Source: Trichormus sp. ATA11-4-KO1 (GTDB taxonomy: Bacteria > Cyanobacteriota > Cyanobacteriia > Cyanobacteriales > Nostocaceae). Taken from it: a stretch of DNA of 64,000 bases. Of the stretch, positions 20,856-32,714 are shown piece after piece. Made by a program: the position numbers and the translations under genes. The number at the start of each line of letters is the position of its first letter. The first letter of the stretch is position 1. Location of the stretch: positions 32,001 through 96,000 of the forward strand of contig JAHHIM010000011.1 of the NCBI GenBank assembly GCA_019358915.1, read 5' to 3'. Below the pieces are notes generated by a model. It was not told where the DNA came from and ran no database searches. It saw only the letters and a program-made list of their open reading frames with translations.

Positions 20856-23327
20856 ATGGTTACGGTATATCAAAACACATTGGCTCAAGATTCTAAAGAA
20901 CGATCGCTCATTCTCTGGTTTGATGAAGTTGGTATTGCTGATATACCCCTAGTTGGTGGGAAGAATGCTTCACTGGGGGAAATGATTCAACAATTAACAC
21001 CCCAAGGCGTTAACGTTCCCACGGGATTTGCTACTACTGCTTATGCTTATCGGTATTTTATCCAATCAGCTGGGTTAGAAGAACAATTACGTGAACTGTT
21101 TGCGGATTTAGATGTTGAGGATGTCAAAAATTTAAAGTTACGCGGAAAAAAAGCGCGATCGCTACTAATGCATACACCTTTCCCGGGAGAATTGCGACAG
21201 GCGATCGTCACAGCTTACGAAAGTTTATGTGAACGGTACAATGCCGATACAGATGTCGCAGTCCGTTCCAGCGCCACTGCTGAAGACCTCCCTGATGCTA
21301 GTTTTGCCGGACAGCAGGAAAGCTACCTGAACGTTGTCGGTGTCGAAGGAGTTTTAGCAGCTTGTCATAAATGCTTTGCTTCCCTATTTACAGATCGCGC
21401 CATTTCTTATCGTCACGCCAAGGGATTCGACCATTTTAGTATTGCCCTGGCTGTCGGTGTGCAAAAAATGGTACGTTCTGACTTAGCCACCTCTGGGGTC
21501 ATGTTCTCCATTGATACGGAAACCGGTTTCAAAGATGTTGTACTGATTACAGCCGCCTACGGTTTAGGTGAAAACGTCGTCCAGGGAACTGTTAACCCCG
21601 ATGAATACTATGTTTTTAAGCCGACATTAAAAGCAGGCTTCCGCCCAATTATCGATAAAAAATTGGGCAGCAAAGAACTAAAAATGATTTATGATGACGG
21701 TTCTAAATTCACGAAAAATGTAGCCGTATCATCCACAGATCAAGGGAAATTTGCCCTAAGTGATGAAGAAATTTTACAACTAGCACATTGGGCGTGTTTA
21801 ATAGAAGACCATTATTCCCAAACCCACAATAGTTACTCCCCAATGGACATTGAGTGGGCTAAAGACGGAATTACCAATCAACTGTTTATTGTGCAAGCGC
21901 GTCCGGAAACCGTTCAGTCACAGAAGAAAGGTAACGTGTTGCGGAGTTATCATTTTGTGCTGGGGAATCAGGAATGGGGAATCGGGAAGGGGGAAAAATC
22001 TCACCCACTCCCTCTAGTCACAGGTCGTGCTGTCGGGGAAGCAATTAGTCAAGGTAAAGCGCACCTGATTTTAGATGTTCATAAAATCGACCAGTTTCAA
22101 GCTGGGGACGTGTTGGTCACAGAAAGAACAGACCCCGACTGGGAACCGATTATGAAACGCGCCAGTGCAATTGTGACTAACTCTGGTGGACGCACCTGCC
22201 ATGCAGCGATTATTGCGCGGGAATTGGGTGTACCTGCGATCGTGGGATGCGGTAATGCTACGGCAGTCCTAAAAAATGGTCAAGAAGTTACAATTTCTTG
22301 TGCTGAAGGGGAAGAAGGCAAGGTTTATGATGGCTTATTGCCATTTGAAGTTAAAGAAGTTCCTCTGGAGAACTTACCCCGCACCCGAACTCAAATATTA
22401 ATGAACGTGGGTAATCCTCAAGAAGCATTAAGTTTATCTGCGATTCCTAATGATGGGGTAGGTTTAGCGCGGACAGAATTTATTATTGCCAACCAAATCC
22501 AAATTCATCCCATGGCGTTGATTCACTATGACAAGTTAGAAGATGAATTTGTCAAAACTAAAATTAATCAAATCACTGCACTGTATGAGGATAAACCCCA
22601 GTATTTCGTAGATAAATTAGCCCAAGGCATAGGTAGAATTGCGGCAGCATTTTATCCTAAACCAGTGATTGTGCGTATGTCAGATTTCAAAAGTAATGAA
22701 TATGCCAATCTGTTGGGTGGTCAACAGTTTGAACCCAAAGAAGAAAACCCTATGCTGGGTTGGCGCGGAGCGGCACGTTACTATGATGAAGGCTACAGAG
22801 AAGCTTTTGCCCTGGAGTGTTATGCCATTCAGCGAGTCCGCGAAAATATGGGTTTAACCAATGTTATCCCGATGATTCCCTTCTGTCGCACTCCTCATGA
22901 GGGGCGTTTGGTGTTGGCAGAAATGGCAAAAAATGGTCTCAAACAGGGCGTTAATGATTTACAAGTTTATGTGATGTGTGAGTTGCCCAATAATGTGATT
23001 ATGGCCGAGGAGTTTGCCGAGGTATTTGATGGCTTCTCCATTGGTTCTAATGATCTGACTCAGCTAACACTAGGTATAGACAGGGATTCGGCATTGGTAG
23101 CGCGGTTGTTTGATGAACGCTGTCAGGGTGTGAAGCGCATGGTGAAAATGGCCATAGAATCCGCCAAAAAGCATAACCGCAAAATTGGTATTTGTGGACA
23201 AGCACCCAGCGATTACCCAGAATTTGCTCAGTTTTTAGTTGAACAAGGAATTGATTCTATCAGCCTGAATCCAGATTCGGTTTTAAAGACGATGCTGGAA
23301 GTGGCAAAAGTTGAGCTTAAGGACTAA
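20856..23327 (+). CDS. ppsA: phosphoenolpyruvate synthase
   Basis: VGGKNASLGEM, AVRSSATAED, GGRTCHAAIIARE, FSIGSNDLTQ. Confidence 0.97.
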   Translation: MVTVYQNTLAQDSKERSLILWFDEVGIADIPLVGGKNASLGEMIQQLTPQGVNVPTGFATTAYAYRYFIQSAGLEEQLRELFADLDVEDVKNLKLRGKKARSLLMHTPFPGELRQAIVTAYESLCERYNADTDVAVRSSATAEDLPDASFAGQQESYLNVVGVEGVLAACHKCFASLFTDRAISYRHAKGFDHFSIALAVGVQKMVRSDLATSGVMFSIDTETGFKDVVLITAAYGLGENVVQGTVNPDEYYVFKPTLKAGFRPIIDKKLGSKELKMIYDDGSKFTKNVAVSSTDQGKFALSDEEILQLAHWACLIEDHYSQTHNSYSPMDIEWAKDGITNQLFIVQARPETVQSQKKGNVLRSYHFVLGNQEWGIGKGEKSHPLPLVTGRAVGEAISQGKAHLILDVHKIDQFQAGDVLVTERTDPDWEPIMKRASAIVTNSGGRTCHAAIIARELGVPAIVGCGNATAVLKNGQEVTISCAEGEEGKVYDGLLPFEVKEVPLENLPRTRTQILMNVGNPQEALSLSAIPNDGVGLARTEFIIANQIQIHPMALIHYDKLEDEFVKTKINQITALYEDKPQYFVDKLAQGIGRIAAAFYPKPVIVRMSDFKSNEYANLLGGQQFEPKEENPMLGWRGAARYYDEGYREAFALECYAIQRVRENMGLTNVIPMIPFCRTPHEGRLVLAEMAKNGLKQGVNDLQVYVMCELPNNVIMAEEFAEVFDGFSIGSNDLTQLTLGIDRDSALVARLFDERCQGVKRMVKMAIESAKKHNRKIGICGQAPSDYPEFAQFLVEQGIDSISLNPDSVLKTMLEVAKVELKD

Positions 23328-23413
23328 AGTCCTGACTACGAACAATTCAGCCTGTCACTTTTAGACAGGCTATATTTTTATATTAAAGTTAGATGTTCTC
23401 AAAAAAATTAATA

Positions 23414-25156
23414 ATGAGTACAACAACAACTCAGCCGAAACGATTAGATCCTCAGTTGTGGCAGAAGTTTGTGAAGCTGGCCAAACCCTACTGGTTTTCA
23501 GAAAAAAAGTGGCAAGCTAGGGGACTATTAGTTTTATTGCTAGTCCTTGCGTTAGTAGTTAATGGCATTAATGTCAGTATTAGTTTTATTTTTCGTAATA
23601 TTGATACTTCACTGGCACGGTTTCCCGAAACTCAAGACGCGTCAACTTTTTGGCGATTTATCACAATTTATGCTGGTCTGTTGGTCGTTGGGACTCCGAT
23701 TGTTGTCATGTTTAGCTATATCCAAGACAAGTTGGGATTGCAATGGCGGGAGTGGCTGACGAATTATTTTTTAGATAAATATTTCCAAAATCGTGCTTAT
23801 TACCAGATTAATTTTAATGAGAATATTGATAACCCAGACCAGCGAATTGCTGAAGATATCAGGTCATTTACTCGTACCAGTTTATCTTTTTCATTGCTGA
23901 TTTTGACATCAATTATTACTTTAATTTCTTTTACTGGAGTTCTATTATCTATCTCGGTATCTCTATCGGTGGCACTGGTAGTCTACGCTATTTTAGGGAC
24001 AGTGGTAACAGCTTGGATTGGTCAACGATTAATTGGCATTAACTTCAATCAACTCAAACGAGAGGCTGACTTTCGTTATGGTTTAGTGCATGTGCGAGAT
24101 AATGCCGAATCGATTGCTTTTTATCAAGGTGAAGCAGAAGAAATAGTACAGCTAAAACAGCGCTTTATGCGGGCGATTCGCAACTTTGATTTGTTGATCA
24201 ACTGGCAACGTAACTTAGGTTTTTTTACAACAAGCTATAACTATTTTGTTTCAGCACTGCCTTACTTGGTGATTGCACCTATCTACTTTGCCGGCGATAC
24301 CGAATTTGGGACATTTACTCAAGCCGCGATCGCCTTCCAACAAATTTTTAGTGCTTTATCTGTGGTAGTGGGTCAGTTTGAAAATTTAACTGCTTTTGCT
24401 GCTGGAATTGAACGGATGGGTGACTTAGCTGAGGCGCTGGAAAATCCGGACCAAAAACAGCCAGGAATGACGACTATCGATGTGAGAGAAGATTCGCAGT
24501 TAGCGTTACGTCATGTCACTCTGTTGACTCCCAACTATGAACGCACTTTAGTGAGGGATTTACCATTCAGCTTACAGCCAGGAGAAGGTTTGGTAATTGT
24601 CGGTAACAGTGGTAGCGGTAAGAGTTCTTTATTAAGAGCGATCGCGGGATTATGGAATGCGGGTACTGGTCAAATTATCCGTCCTTCTCTATCAGAAATC
24701 ATGTTTTTACCCCAACGTCCTTATATGGTGTTGGGTTCTCTGCGCAGTCAGTTACTCTACCCCAACTCCGACAATGATATCAGCGAAACTAAGATGCGCC
24801 ATGTCTTAGAAGAGGTGAATTTGGCAGAGTTACCAGAACGAGTTGGCGGTTTTGATATCGAGTTAGACTGGGCAAATGTGCTTTCTTTAGGTGAACAACA
24901 GCGTCTGGCTTTTGCGCGACTGCTGCTGAGTATGCCTAATTATGTCATCCTGGATGAAGCCACAAGTGCGCTGGATTTGGCTAATGAAAAGAACCTTTAT
25001 CAGCAACTTAAGGCAAAGGGAACTACATTGGTCAGCGTGGGACATCGCCCTAGTTTGTTGCAGTACCATGAGTACGTGCTAGAGCTGGATGGTAGCTCTA
25101 ATTGGCGGTTGTTACCTATGCAAGAATATACTGTGAATTTGAATGCTTTTAGTTAA
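23414..25156 (+). CDS. fused ABC transporter permease/ATPase (ABCD/YddA-like)
   Basis: DNPDQRIAED, EADFRYGL, GNSGSGKS, LSLGEQQR, ILDEATSALD, SVGHR. Confidence 0.92.
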   Translation: MSTTTTQPKRLDPQLWQKFVKLAKPYWFSEKKWQARGLLVLLLVLALVVNGINVSISFIFRNIDTSLARFPETQDASTFWRFITIYAGLLVVGTPIVVMFSYIQDKLGLQWREWLTNYFLDKYFQNRAYYQINFNENIDNPDQRIAEDIRSFTRTSLSFSLLILTSIITLISFTGVLLSISVSLSVALVVYAILGTVVTAWIGQRLIGINFNQLKREADFRYGLVHVRDNAESIAFYQGEAEEIVQLKQRFMRAIRNFDLLINWQRNLGFFTTSYNYFVSALPYLVIAPIYFAGDTEFGTFTQAAIAFQQIFSALSVVVGQFENLTAFAAGIERMGDLAEALENPDQKQPGMTTIDVREDSQLALRHVTLLTPNYERTLVRDLPFSLQPGEGLVIVGNSGSGKSSLLRAIAGLWNAGTGQIIRPSLSEIMFLPQRPYMVLGSLRSQLLYPNSDNDISETKMRHVLEEVNLAELPERVGGFDIELDWANVLSLGEQQRLAFARLLLSMPNYVILDEATSALDLANEKNLYQQLKAKGTTLVSVGHRPSLLQYHEYVLELDGSSNWRLLPMQEYTVNLNAFS

Positions 25157-25968
25157 TTTTCTAGCTCAGCTTGTTGACACTGCAACTGTTGCACGACTTC
25201 AATGGATAAACCAGTGATCCGAGCGATCGCTTCAATTGTCATTCCTTCTGCTAGTAAGTTGATAGCAATTTGCTGGGCTTTCTCCCGACTACCTTCTTGT
25301 CTACCTTCTTGTCTACCTTCTTGTCTACCTTCTTCGAGACCTTCAGTTTTAATCAGTTGATAAATCACTGATTCGCGCATAATATCCCTCCGCAGTAAGC
25401 GTTGAATCACTTCTTGTTTCAATACTAACCCAGCTAAAACTGCTGTTGATGCTGTCAAATTACTTTGCATTCGACGGTCAGCAATGTTGTTAATTTCATC
25501 AGCCACAGCTTGTAATGTGCTACTTTGATTATGCGTATTACTTAACACCGCAAAAGGCAGTAATCCTGTTGTTCTTAAAAATACCTCTGTTGGTTGTTCC
25601 CACAAGCGGATTACCGTAAATTCATGCTGTAAGCTGTCGATACTAAATGTTGTTTTATATACCTCTTCTGATGTGGTCTCGGTTAAATAAATCACTACTT
25701 GACGCATGTGTTTTTGGGGAAAGCGTCGATACACTCGCAAACGATAGTCTGCCATGCGGAAGGGGATCGATGCATCAGGCTGGGTTTGGAACTCCAGATG
25801 TAGAACCACTTCGTCTGATTGCAGTAATATCAGCGCGTCTGCACGGATCGGTTCTAAAGATAATTCCTTGGGACTTAACTGTGTTAAATCTATGGGTGTT
25901 CCCAAAAGCCATGTAGCGAAGTCGGTCGCAAATGTTTCCGCGATGAACTTGCAGATGTTATCAAACAT
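25153..25968 (-). CDS. Rpn/YhgA-like PD-(D/E)xK nuclease (putative transposase family)
   Basis: PIRADALILL..HLEFQT..RMADY; EGRQ repeats; C-terminal IARITGLS. Confidence 0.88.
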   Translation of the reverse strand: MFDNICKFIAETFATDFATWLLGTPIDLTQLSPKELSLEPIRADALILLQSDEVVLHLEFQTQPDASIPFRMADYRLRVYRRFPQKHMRQVVIYLTETTSEEVYKTTFSIDSLQHEFTVIRLWEQPTEVFLRTTGLLPFAVLSNTHNQSSTLQAVADEINNIADRRMQSNLTASTAVLAGLVLKQEVIQRLLRRDIMRESVIYQLIKTEGLEEGRQEGRQEGRQEGSREKAQQIAINLLAEGMTIEAIARITGLSIEVVQQLQCQQAELEN

Positions 25969-26086
25969 GGACAGATTTTATCACTTGATGGATACTCATC
26001 GTTAGGGCAAACCAATCGAACTGCTCCTGTTCTAACTAGATGCATCTGAAATAATAGAACGAAGGAAAGCTACCGACTATTGACAA

Positions 26087-27622
26087 ATGACTAAAAAATG
26101 GTTCCAAATTGGTATCGCAGGTGTATTTCTCCTATCAGTCGCTTTACGGTTTTGGGGACTAGAGCGATTTAATACTCTGGTATTTGATGAAGTTTACTTT
26201 GCCAAATTTGGTAATAACTACCTGACCAATACGCCATTTTTTAACGCACATCCGCCACTGAGTCAATATATTATTGCCATAGGGATGTGGATTGGTAGTC
26301 ATCTTCCCTTTGGACAAGATACGGTAAATGGGCTAACAGGTTCATGGCGATCGCCTTGGAGTTATCGTTGGTTAAATGCCCTCACTGGCTCATTTATTCC
26401 TTTAGTTGTCACCGCAATTGCTTATCAATTGAGTCACCGTCGTAGCTTTGCTTTCCTCGCAGGTTTATGTACAGCTTGTGATGGTTTATTTCTGGTTGAA
26501 TCTCGCTATGCCTTGAACAATATTTATATTGTCATCTTTGGTTTATTGGGGCAGTGGTTTTTATTACTGGCGTTGGATCATCAAAAACAGCAACGTTCTT
26601 GGTGGTTAGTTTTAGCTGGTATTAATTTTGGTGCATCAGCTGCCACAAAATGGAATGGCTTATGGTTTTTGTTGGGTGCTTATCTGATTTGGATAGCAGC
26701 TTTTATAATTTATGGAATGCAATCTTTTCCTCGCATTCAAATTACTTTGATATCTCCTTTATTTATAGGGAGACAAATAAAAAATTTTATTCATGAATGG
26801 CATCGGAATTGGAGTGATATCAAGCAAAAATCCCCAGAAATTACAGAGCAAACACCACTACAAAATTTGATTCAGCTAAATGTTTTCCAGATGCTGTTTT
26901 ATCTGGGAATTATTCCTGCTTTAGTTTATAGCTTAATTTGGATTCCCCATCTACAGCTAGATCAAAGGTATGGATTTATTGCAGTTCATCAGAAAATTTT
27001 GCAGTTTCACCTGCAATTGGGTGGCAATAGTCCTAATGTGCATCCTTACTGTGCTGCGTGGTACAAATGGCCGTTAATGACTCGACCGATGGCATATTAT
27101 TATCAAACAAGTCACAGTCTTACTGATCCGTTGCCTGTATTGGGGCCTCCATTGCCTTCTGGTACTGGGAAAGTGATTTATGATGTCCATGCAATGGGGA
27201 ATCCCTTTTTATGGTGGTTTGGTGTCGCTGCCATTTTATTTTTAGCAGGGATGTTGATGTTACAAGTGATGATTCCTTGGATAAAACAAACAAAAACATC
27301 TTTACCTGCAAGGCTTTCTGTTGATATTTGGATTGCCCTATATTTAGTTTTAAATTATGCCGCTAACTTATTACCTTGGGTGAAGGTAACACGCTGCGTT
27401 TTTATTTATCATTATATGTCTGCTGTGGTGTTTACATTTTTAGCGATCGCCTGGTTTGTAGACCAATGTTTACGCAGTTATTACCGCGAAATTCGGGCTA
27501 TCGGTGTCACGATTATATTTCTGATTCTGGGTGCTTTTGTTTTCTGGATGCCTATTTATTTAGGTTTACCTCTATCCTCTAATGCTTATAAAATGTTGAT
27601 GTGGTTTAACTCTTGGATTTAA
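26087..27622 (+). CDS. protein O-mannosyltransferase (PMT/GT39-like)
   Basis: LVFDEVYF, HPPL, ESRY, TKWNG, HPY, FIYHY. Confidence 0.9.
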   Translation: MTKKWFQIGIAGVFLLSVALRFWGLERFNTLVFDEVYFAKFGNNYLTNTPFFNAHPPLSQYIIAIGMWIGSHLPFGQDTVNGLTGSWRSPWSYRWLNALTGSFIPLVVTAIAYQLSHRRSFAFLAGLCTACDGLFLVESRYALNNIYIVIFGLLGQWFLLLALDHQKQQRSWWLVLAGINFGASAATKWNGLWFLLGAYLIWIAAFIIYGMQSFPRIQITLISPLFIGRQIKNFIHEWHRNWSDIKQKSPEITEQTPLQNLIQLNVFQMLFYLGIIPALVYSLIWIPHLQLDQRYGFIAVHQKILQFHLQLGGNSPNVHPYCAAWYKWPLMTRPMAYYYQTSHSLTDPLPVLGPPLPSGTGKVIYDVHAMGNPFLWWFGVAAILFLAGMLMLQVMIPWIKQTKTSLPARLSVDIWIALYLVLNYAANLLPWVKVTRCVFIYHYMSAVVFTFLAIAWFVDQCLRSYYREIRAIGVTIIFLILGAFVFWMPIYLGLPLSSNAYKMLMWFNSWI

Positions 27623-28064
27623 CCACAGCGACGAGCAAGGATGCCCCTTGTTTCTTACAATCTATAATCTATATCTATTTTTCTTACTTAACATAGCTAC
27701 ATATATTATGAGTTATTTAATCACCTATTTTTTTACATTTCTTATGCGGATATTGGTTAACTGACTGTTAAACTGTAAAACGCAAAGCAGGATTGTCAAG
27801 CTAAAAATTAGCTGTCTAACAAAATTCTTATTAGGGTAGGAATAGTATATTAGACATTAAATTAAGTATGGTGAATGAGAAAGGGGAAATATTTTTAAAC
27901 TTTTTCATTCTTTAGTTTCTGCCAATTATGCTTTGTTCATTTACTTGTTGCTGTACATAAAAAAATATAAATAACATACATCTAAGTAGTGTTATAAACC
28001 CGATAGGTAATAAAAACCCATATACTCTACTTGTGATGCTCCCAGTCAACAGAGGAGGATCTTA

Positions 28065-30362
28065 ATGAATATTGAATTAGAACTGCCAGGGATTAACGTA
28101 GCTAGCTTAAAAGAAGCTCCTATTCATCTTTTTAAACATATTCAACCTCATGGGATACTTTTAGTCTTAGAAGAGCCTGATTTAAAAATATTACAAGTTA
28201 GTAATAATACTTGGAAGATTTTCGGTATCAATCCCGAAGATATTTTACAGAAAAAACTCGAAGACTTACTCGATTCATTTCAAATCGAGAGAATTAAATC
28301 AGGGGTATCACAAGGCAATCTGGAATTTGCCAATCCCACTAAAATATGGGTGAGAAAAAAAGGTGATGATTACGTAGTATTTGACGCAGTTTTTCACCGG
28401 AATACAGAAGGATTTTTAATTTTAGAACTAGAACCTGCTATTTCTAGTGAAAATATCCCATTCTTAAGCTTTTATCATCTAGCTAAAGCTTCTATTAACC
28501 AATTAGAAAAAACAGCAAATTTACATGACTTTTGCCAAATAATTGTGCAAGAAGTGCGAAAAGTCACCGGGTTTGATCGGGTGATGTTATATAAATTTGA
28601 TGATGATGGACATGGTTCGGTCATCGCTGAAGAAAAGCTAGAAAATATGGAACCCTACTTAGGATTGCATTATCCTGAGTCAGATATCCCGAAACCAGCA
28701 AGAAAATTATTTGTTGCCAATTCCATCAGAATCATCCCCGATTCTCATGCTCAATCGGTGCAAATTATACCTGCTCTGAATCCGGTTAGCGATCGCCCTA
28801 TTGATTTAACTAACTCGATTCTCAGAAGTGCCGCTACTTGCCATATGGAGTACTTACACAATATGGGTGTAGGTTCTTCGTTAACTATATCTTTGATTAA
28901 AGACCAAAAACTTTGGGGACTAATTGCTTGTCATCATCAGTCACCTAAATATGTTTCTTATGAATTGCGGAAAGCTTGTGAATTCTTGGGACGAGTGATA
29001 TTTTCGGAAATTTCAGCCAGAGAAGAAACCGAAGATTACGACTATCGCATGAATTTGACATATATTCAGACAAAGTTAGTGGAATATATGTCCCAAGAGG
29101 AAAACTTCATTGATGGACTAGTTAAAAATCAGCCGAATCTTTTGGATTTAACCAGCGCTCAAGGTGCAGCTGTATGTTTTGGTGAACAATGTACAGTAAT
29201 TGGTGAAACTCCCAAACCAGAAGATTTAAATTTTTTAGTGCAGTGGCTGAAGAATAATGTTGACGATGAAGTGTTTTATACAGATTCTTTGCCGCAAATT
29301 TATCCAGATGCCGAAAGATTCAAAAATGTTGCCAGTGGTTTATTAGCTATTCCCATTTCCCAACGAAATTTTGTTTTGTGGTTCCGACCGGAAGTCATTC
29401 AAACTGTGAATTGGGGTGGTGATCCTAATAAAGCATTTGAAGTCAGCCACTCAGACGGGAATGTCCGCTTGTGTCCACGGAAATCATTTGAACTGTGGAA
29501 AGAAACTGTCCGGCTAACGTCTTTACCGTGGCGATATGTGGAAGTAAAAGCCGCACTGGAATTGCGGAAAGCAATTGTGAATATTGTCCTGCGCCAAGCC
29601 GATGAACTAGCACAATTAGCTCATGACTTAGAACGTTCCAACGCCGAACTGAAAAAGTTTGCCTATGTCGCCTCCCATGACTTGCAAGAACCGCTTAATC
29701 AAGTAGCGAATTACGTGCAACTATTAGAGATGCGCTACGAAGATGAGCTAGATGCAGATGCTAAAGAGTTTATTACCTACGCCGTCGATGGAGTCAGCTT
29801 AATGCAGACCTTGATCGATGACGTGTTGGTATATTCCAAAGTAGATACTCAGGCGATCGCATTTCAACTAACCGAAGTCGAAACAGCCTTAGAACGTGCT
29901 TTGGGCAATTTACGCCAACGCATTACAGAAACTGGCGCTACGATTACCCATGACTCCTTACCCACTGTTTTGGCTGGTAGCACCCAACTGATGCAGCTAT
30001 TTCAGAACCTGATTGCCAACGCCATCAAATTCCGTAGTGATCAACCACCACAAATTCACGTAGGTGCAGAAAGACTAGAAGATGAGTGGTTATTTTGGGT
30101 ACGAGATAACGGTATAGGCATTGATCCACAATTTAGCGATCGCATTTTTGTCATCTTTCAACGCTTGCACACGCGAGATGAATATCCCGGTACAGGTATG
30201 GGTTTAGCTATCTGTAAAAAAATTATTGAGTGCCACCGGGGGCGCATTTGGGTAGAATCACAACTTGGTGAAGGTGCAACCTTCTATTTTACGATTCCAG
30301 TCGGAGGACGTGACCGTGAGCGTAGAAACGGCAGAAAAACACAAAACAATCTTTTTGGTTGA
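28065..30362 (+). CDS. aphA: Cph1-type phytochrome histidine kinase (PAS-GAF-PHY-HK)
   Basis: [29 protein letters not shown] (GAF Cys), [23 protein letters not shown]. Confidence 0.9.
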   Translation: MNIELELPGINVASLKEAPIHLFKHIQPHGILLVLEEPDLKILQVSNNTWKIFGINPEDILQKKLEDLLDSFQIERIKSGVSQGNLEFANPTKIWVRKKGDDYVVFDAVFHRNTEGFLILELEPAISSENIPFLSFYHLAKASINQLEKTANLHDFCQIIVQEVRKVTGFDRVMLYKFDDDGHGSVIAEEKLENMEPYLGLHYPESDIPKPARKLFVANSIRIIPDSHAQSVQIIPALNPVSDRPIDLTNSILRSAATCHMEYLHNMGVGSSLTISLIKDQKLWGLIACHHQSPKYVSYELRKACEFLGRVIFSEISAREETEDYDYRMNLTYIQTKLVEYMSQEENFIDGLVKNQPNLLDLTSAQGAAVCFGEQCTVIGETPKPEDLNFLVQWLKNNVDDEVFYTDSLPQIYPDAERFKNVASGLLAIPISQRNFVLWFRPEVIQTVNWGGDPNKAFEVSHSDGNVRLCPRKSFELWKETVRLTSLPWRYVEVKAALELRKAIVNIVLRQADELAQLAHDLERSNAELKKFAYVASHDLQEPLNQVANYVQLLEMRYEDELDADAKEFITYAVDGVSLMQTLIDDVLVYSKVDTQAIAFQLTEVETALERALGNLRQRITETGATITHDSLPTVLAGSTQLMQLFQNLIANAIKFRSDQPPQIHVGAERLEDEWLFWVRDNGIGIDPQFSDRIFVIFQRLHTRDEYPGTGMGLAICKKIIECHRGRIWVESQLGEGATFYFTIPVGGRDRERRNGRKTQNNLFG

Positions 30363-30762
30363 GGACAATAAAGCCGACGTTCGTCTCATCCAAGAAGCAT
30401 TGAAAAATAGCTTAATACCGCATCAAGTGGTAACAGTTAGGGATGGCATGGACGCGATGGCTTTTTTACGCCAGGAGGGTGAGTATGCTGATGCACCTCG
30501 CCCTGACCTAATTCTGCTAGATTTAAACTTGCCTAAAAAAGATGGTCGAGAGGTGTTGGCAGAAATTAAAGCTGACCCTACACTGAAACGGATTCCTGTA
30601 GTAGTTTTAACAACCTCAAGAAATGAGGATGACATTTTCCACAGTTATGACTTGCATGTGAACTGCTACATAACCAAATCCCGCAATCTCAGTCAGCTTT
30701 TCCAAATTGTCAAAGGAATTGAAGATTTTTGGCTGTCCACTGTCACCCTACCTTCGGAGTGA
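30316..30762 (+). CDS. Rcp1-type response regulator
   Basis: [36 protein letters not shown] 30316 lies 8 nt after GGAGG and overlaps the phytochrome 3' end. Confidence 0.9.
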   Translation: MSVETAEKHKTIFLVEDNKADVRLIQEALKNSLIPHQVVTVRDGMDAMAFLRQEGEYADAPRPDLILLDLNLPKKDGREVLAEIKADPTLKRIPVVVLTTSRNEDDIFHSYDLHVNCYITKSRNLSQLFQIVKGIEDFWLSTVTLPSE

Positions 30763-30862
30763 TGGGGGATGGAGTAATGGGGAAATCAGGGAGATGGAAA
30801 TAACAATTCCTAACTCACCACTCTTAAGATAGAGGGGCAACAGGGGGTGAAACCGAAAGATT

Positions 30863-32026
30863 ATGGCTGTGAGCTATTCAGTAAAAATTTTATTAATTGA
30901 AGATAATTTGGCAGAAGCTAGGCTGTTGCAGGAATTTTTGCGGCAAGCCGACTCTCAAGAATTTAGTCTAGTTCATGTGAATCGGTTAGGGGAAGCACTC
31001 AACGAATTAAGTAGGAACAGCTACGATGTGATTTTATTGGATCTCACCTTACCTGATAGCCAAGGCTTGTCATCCCTACCTCCACTGATGAGTCATGCTC
31101 CTAGTATCCCGATTGTGGTACTCACAAATACCAACGATGAAAAATTAGCAATTGAGGCAGTGCGTCAAGGAGCGCAGGATTATTTAGTCAAGCGACAGGT
31201 AAATGTTGATGTGTTGGTTCGTTCTGTATGTTATGCGATCGAGCGTAAGCAGGTTTTGGAAACATTACGTACAGTGAATCAGACCTTACAAAGTCGAGTT
31301 GAAGAACGAACTGCGGAACTGGTGAAAGCCAATGAACTCAACCAGTTTAAATCCGAATTTGTCTCAATGCTTTCGCATGATATTCGTAATCCTCTAAATA
31401 CTATTCTCTTGGCGGCTGGATTACTGCAAAACCACGATGATAAATTGACTCAAGAAACAAAACATAATCATTTGCAGATGATTCGTTCAGCGATTAAAAA
31501 CATGGCGCATCTCTTGGATGAGGTTTCATTTATAGGTAAAGCCGATTCGGGAAAACTTCAATGTCAATTTATTTCTTTGGATTTAAAAGCATTCTGTCAG
31601 CAACTAATTGATGAAGCTCAATTGAGTACAAAAGAGAAACATTTAACTTTAGTCTTTACCAGTGTTGGGGAATTGGGTGAGGCTGTATGGGATGAAAGCT
31701 TGCTACGCCATATTTTAGGTAATTTGCTCGGTAATGCCATTAAGTATTCTCTACCAGGGGGCAAAATTCAGTTTGAACTAATTGCTCACGCACACGCAGT
31801 AACCTTCCACATTCAAGATTGGGGAATTGGCATTCCCCAGCAAGATTTACAACAACTGTTTCAGCCTTTCTATCGTGCAGAAAATGTTGGCACAATTCCT
31901 GGTACTGGCTTGGGATTGGCTATTGTGAAAAAGTGTGTTGAGGCTCATGGCGGTGAGATTAGAGTTAATAGTGAAGTTGGGGTTGGTACAAAGTTTACCG
32001 TTACTTTACCTCTGATGAGACGCTAA
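30863..32026 (+). CDS. hybrid receiver-histidine kinase
   Basis: N-terminal receiver (LLDLTLPD), SHDIRNPL, NAIKYS, GTGLGL. Confidence 0.92.
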   Translation: MAVSYSVKILLIEDNLAEARLLQEFLRQADSQEFSLVHVNRLGEALNELSRNSYDVILLDLTLPDSQGLSSLPPLMSHAPSIPIVVLTNTNDEKLAIEAVRQGAQDYLVKRQVNVDVLVRSVCYAIERKQVLETLRTVNQTLQSRVEERTAELVKANELNQFKSEFVSMLSHDIRNPLNTILLAAGLLQNHDDKLTQETKHNHLQMIRSAIKNMAHLLDEVSFIGKADSGKLQCQFISLDLKAFCQQLIDEAQLSTKEKHLTLVFTSVGELGEAVWDESLLRHILGNLLGNAIKYSLPGGKIQFELIAHAHAVTFHIQDWGIGIPQQDLQQLFQPFYRAENVGTIPGTGLGLAIVKKCVEAHGGEIRVNSEVGVGTKFTVTLPLMRR

Positions 32027-32156
32027 AAGATTTATGGCAAAAGGGATTTGTTGACCACATTTTCATCCCAGCGTAGTCAGCGCGATCGCCCAACCTAGAC
32101 AATCACTCAATTTATAACCGTAACTAACCTCTTCCTAAAACCTTCCTTCGCGCTGT

Positions 32157-32492
32157 TTAATCCGTCAAATTAAAACCCCAAGGTTTCAACGCCGCGATCG
32201 CTATTTCTTTATCTACACCTTCATAAGCCTCCCATTCAGATGGGTGTTCTTTAGGATGTCCGTCACCCACATTACCCGCAACCTTTATCACCGGCATACC
32301 CGCCACGCGATCGCGCTCAATCCCTTTTGGGAGAGCTAATTGGAGTTTGTGACCTACGAATTTCGATGCACTTGAATTAGCTACAGATTCACGGATTAAA
32401 CAGATATCACCAGCAATCCCCCAAGTAGTTTGGTAGATATGGAGGAACGATATATAGGTTTCTGGCTTGATGGCTCTTTTGAGAACTTGCAC
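32157..32492 (-). CDS. conserved cyanobacterial hypothetical protein
   Basis: 111-aa ORF with protein-like composition. Confidence 0.6.
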   Translation of the reverse strand: MQVLKRAIKPETYISFLHIYQTTWGIAGDICLIRESVANSSASKFVGHKLQLALPKGIERDRVAGMPVIKVAGNVGDGHPKEHPSEWEAYEGVDKEIAIAALKPWGFNLTD

Positions 32493-32714
32493 TATCTGTA
32501 ATCCTTACAACGTTGTTCTTGGTTTAAGAATTTCATTCAAACACTACCTATTCTTATGTTGAATGCTTCTTTATTAAACCCTACTTCGGAGATAAATTGA
32601 AATTATTTCATGGGGTGGTAAAGATAATCCTTTTGAAAAAAGTCCCGTTCCACACTTAGATACAGTGTATAAACAAGTCCGAAAATCTCACACACATTAT
32701 TTAGTGAAATGAAA

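Noticed and set aside
25153..25968. Rpn gene as an IS element
   Set aside because: No terminal inverted repeats or target duplication seen; the family's transposase label is not established.
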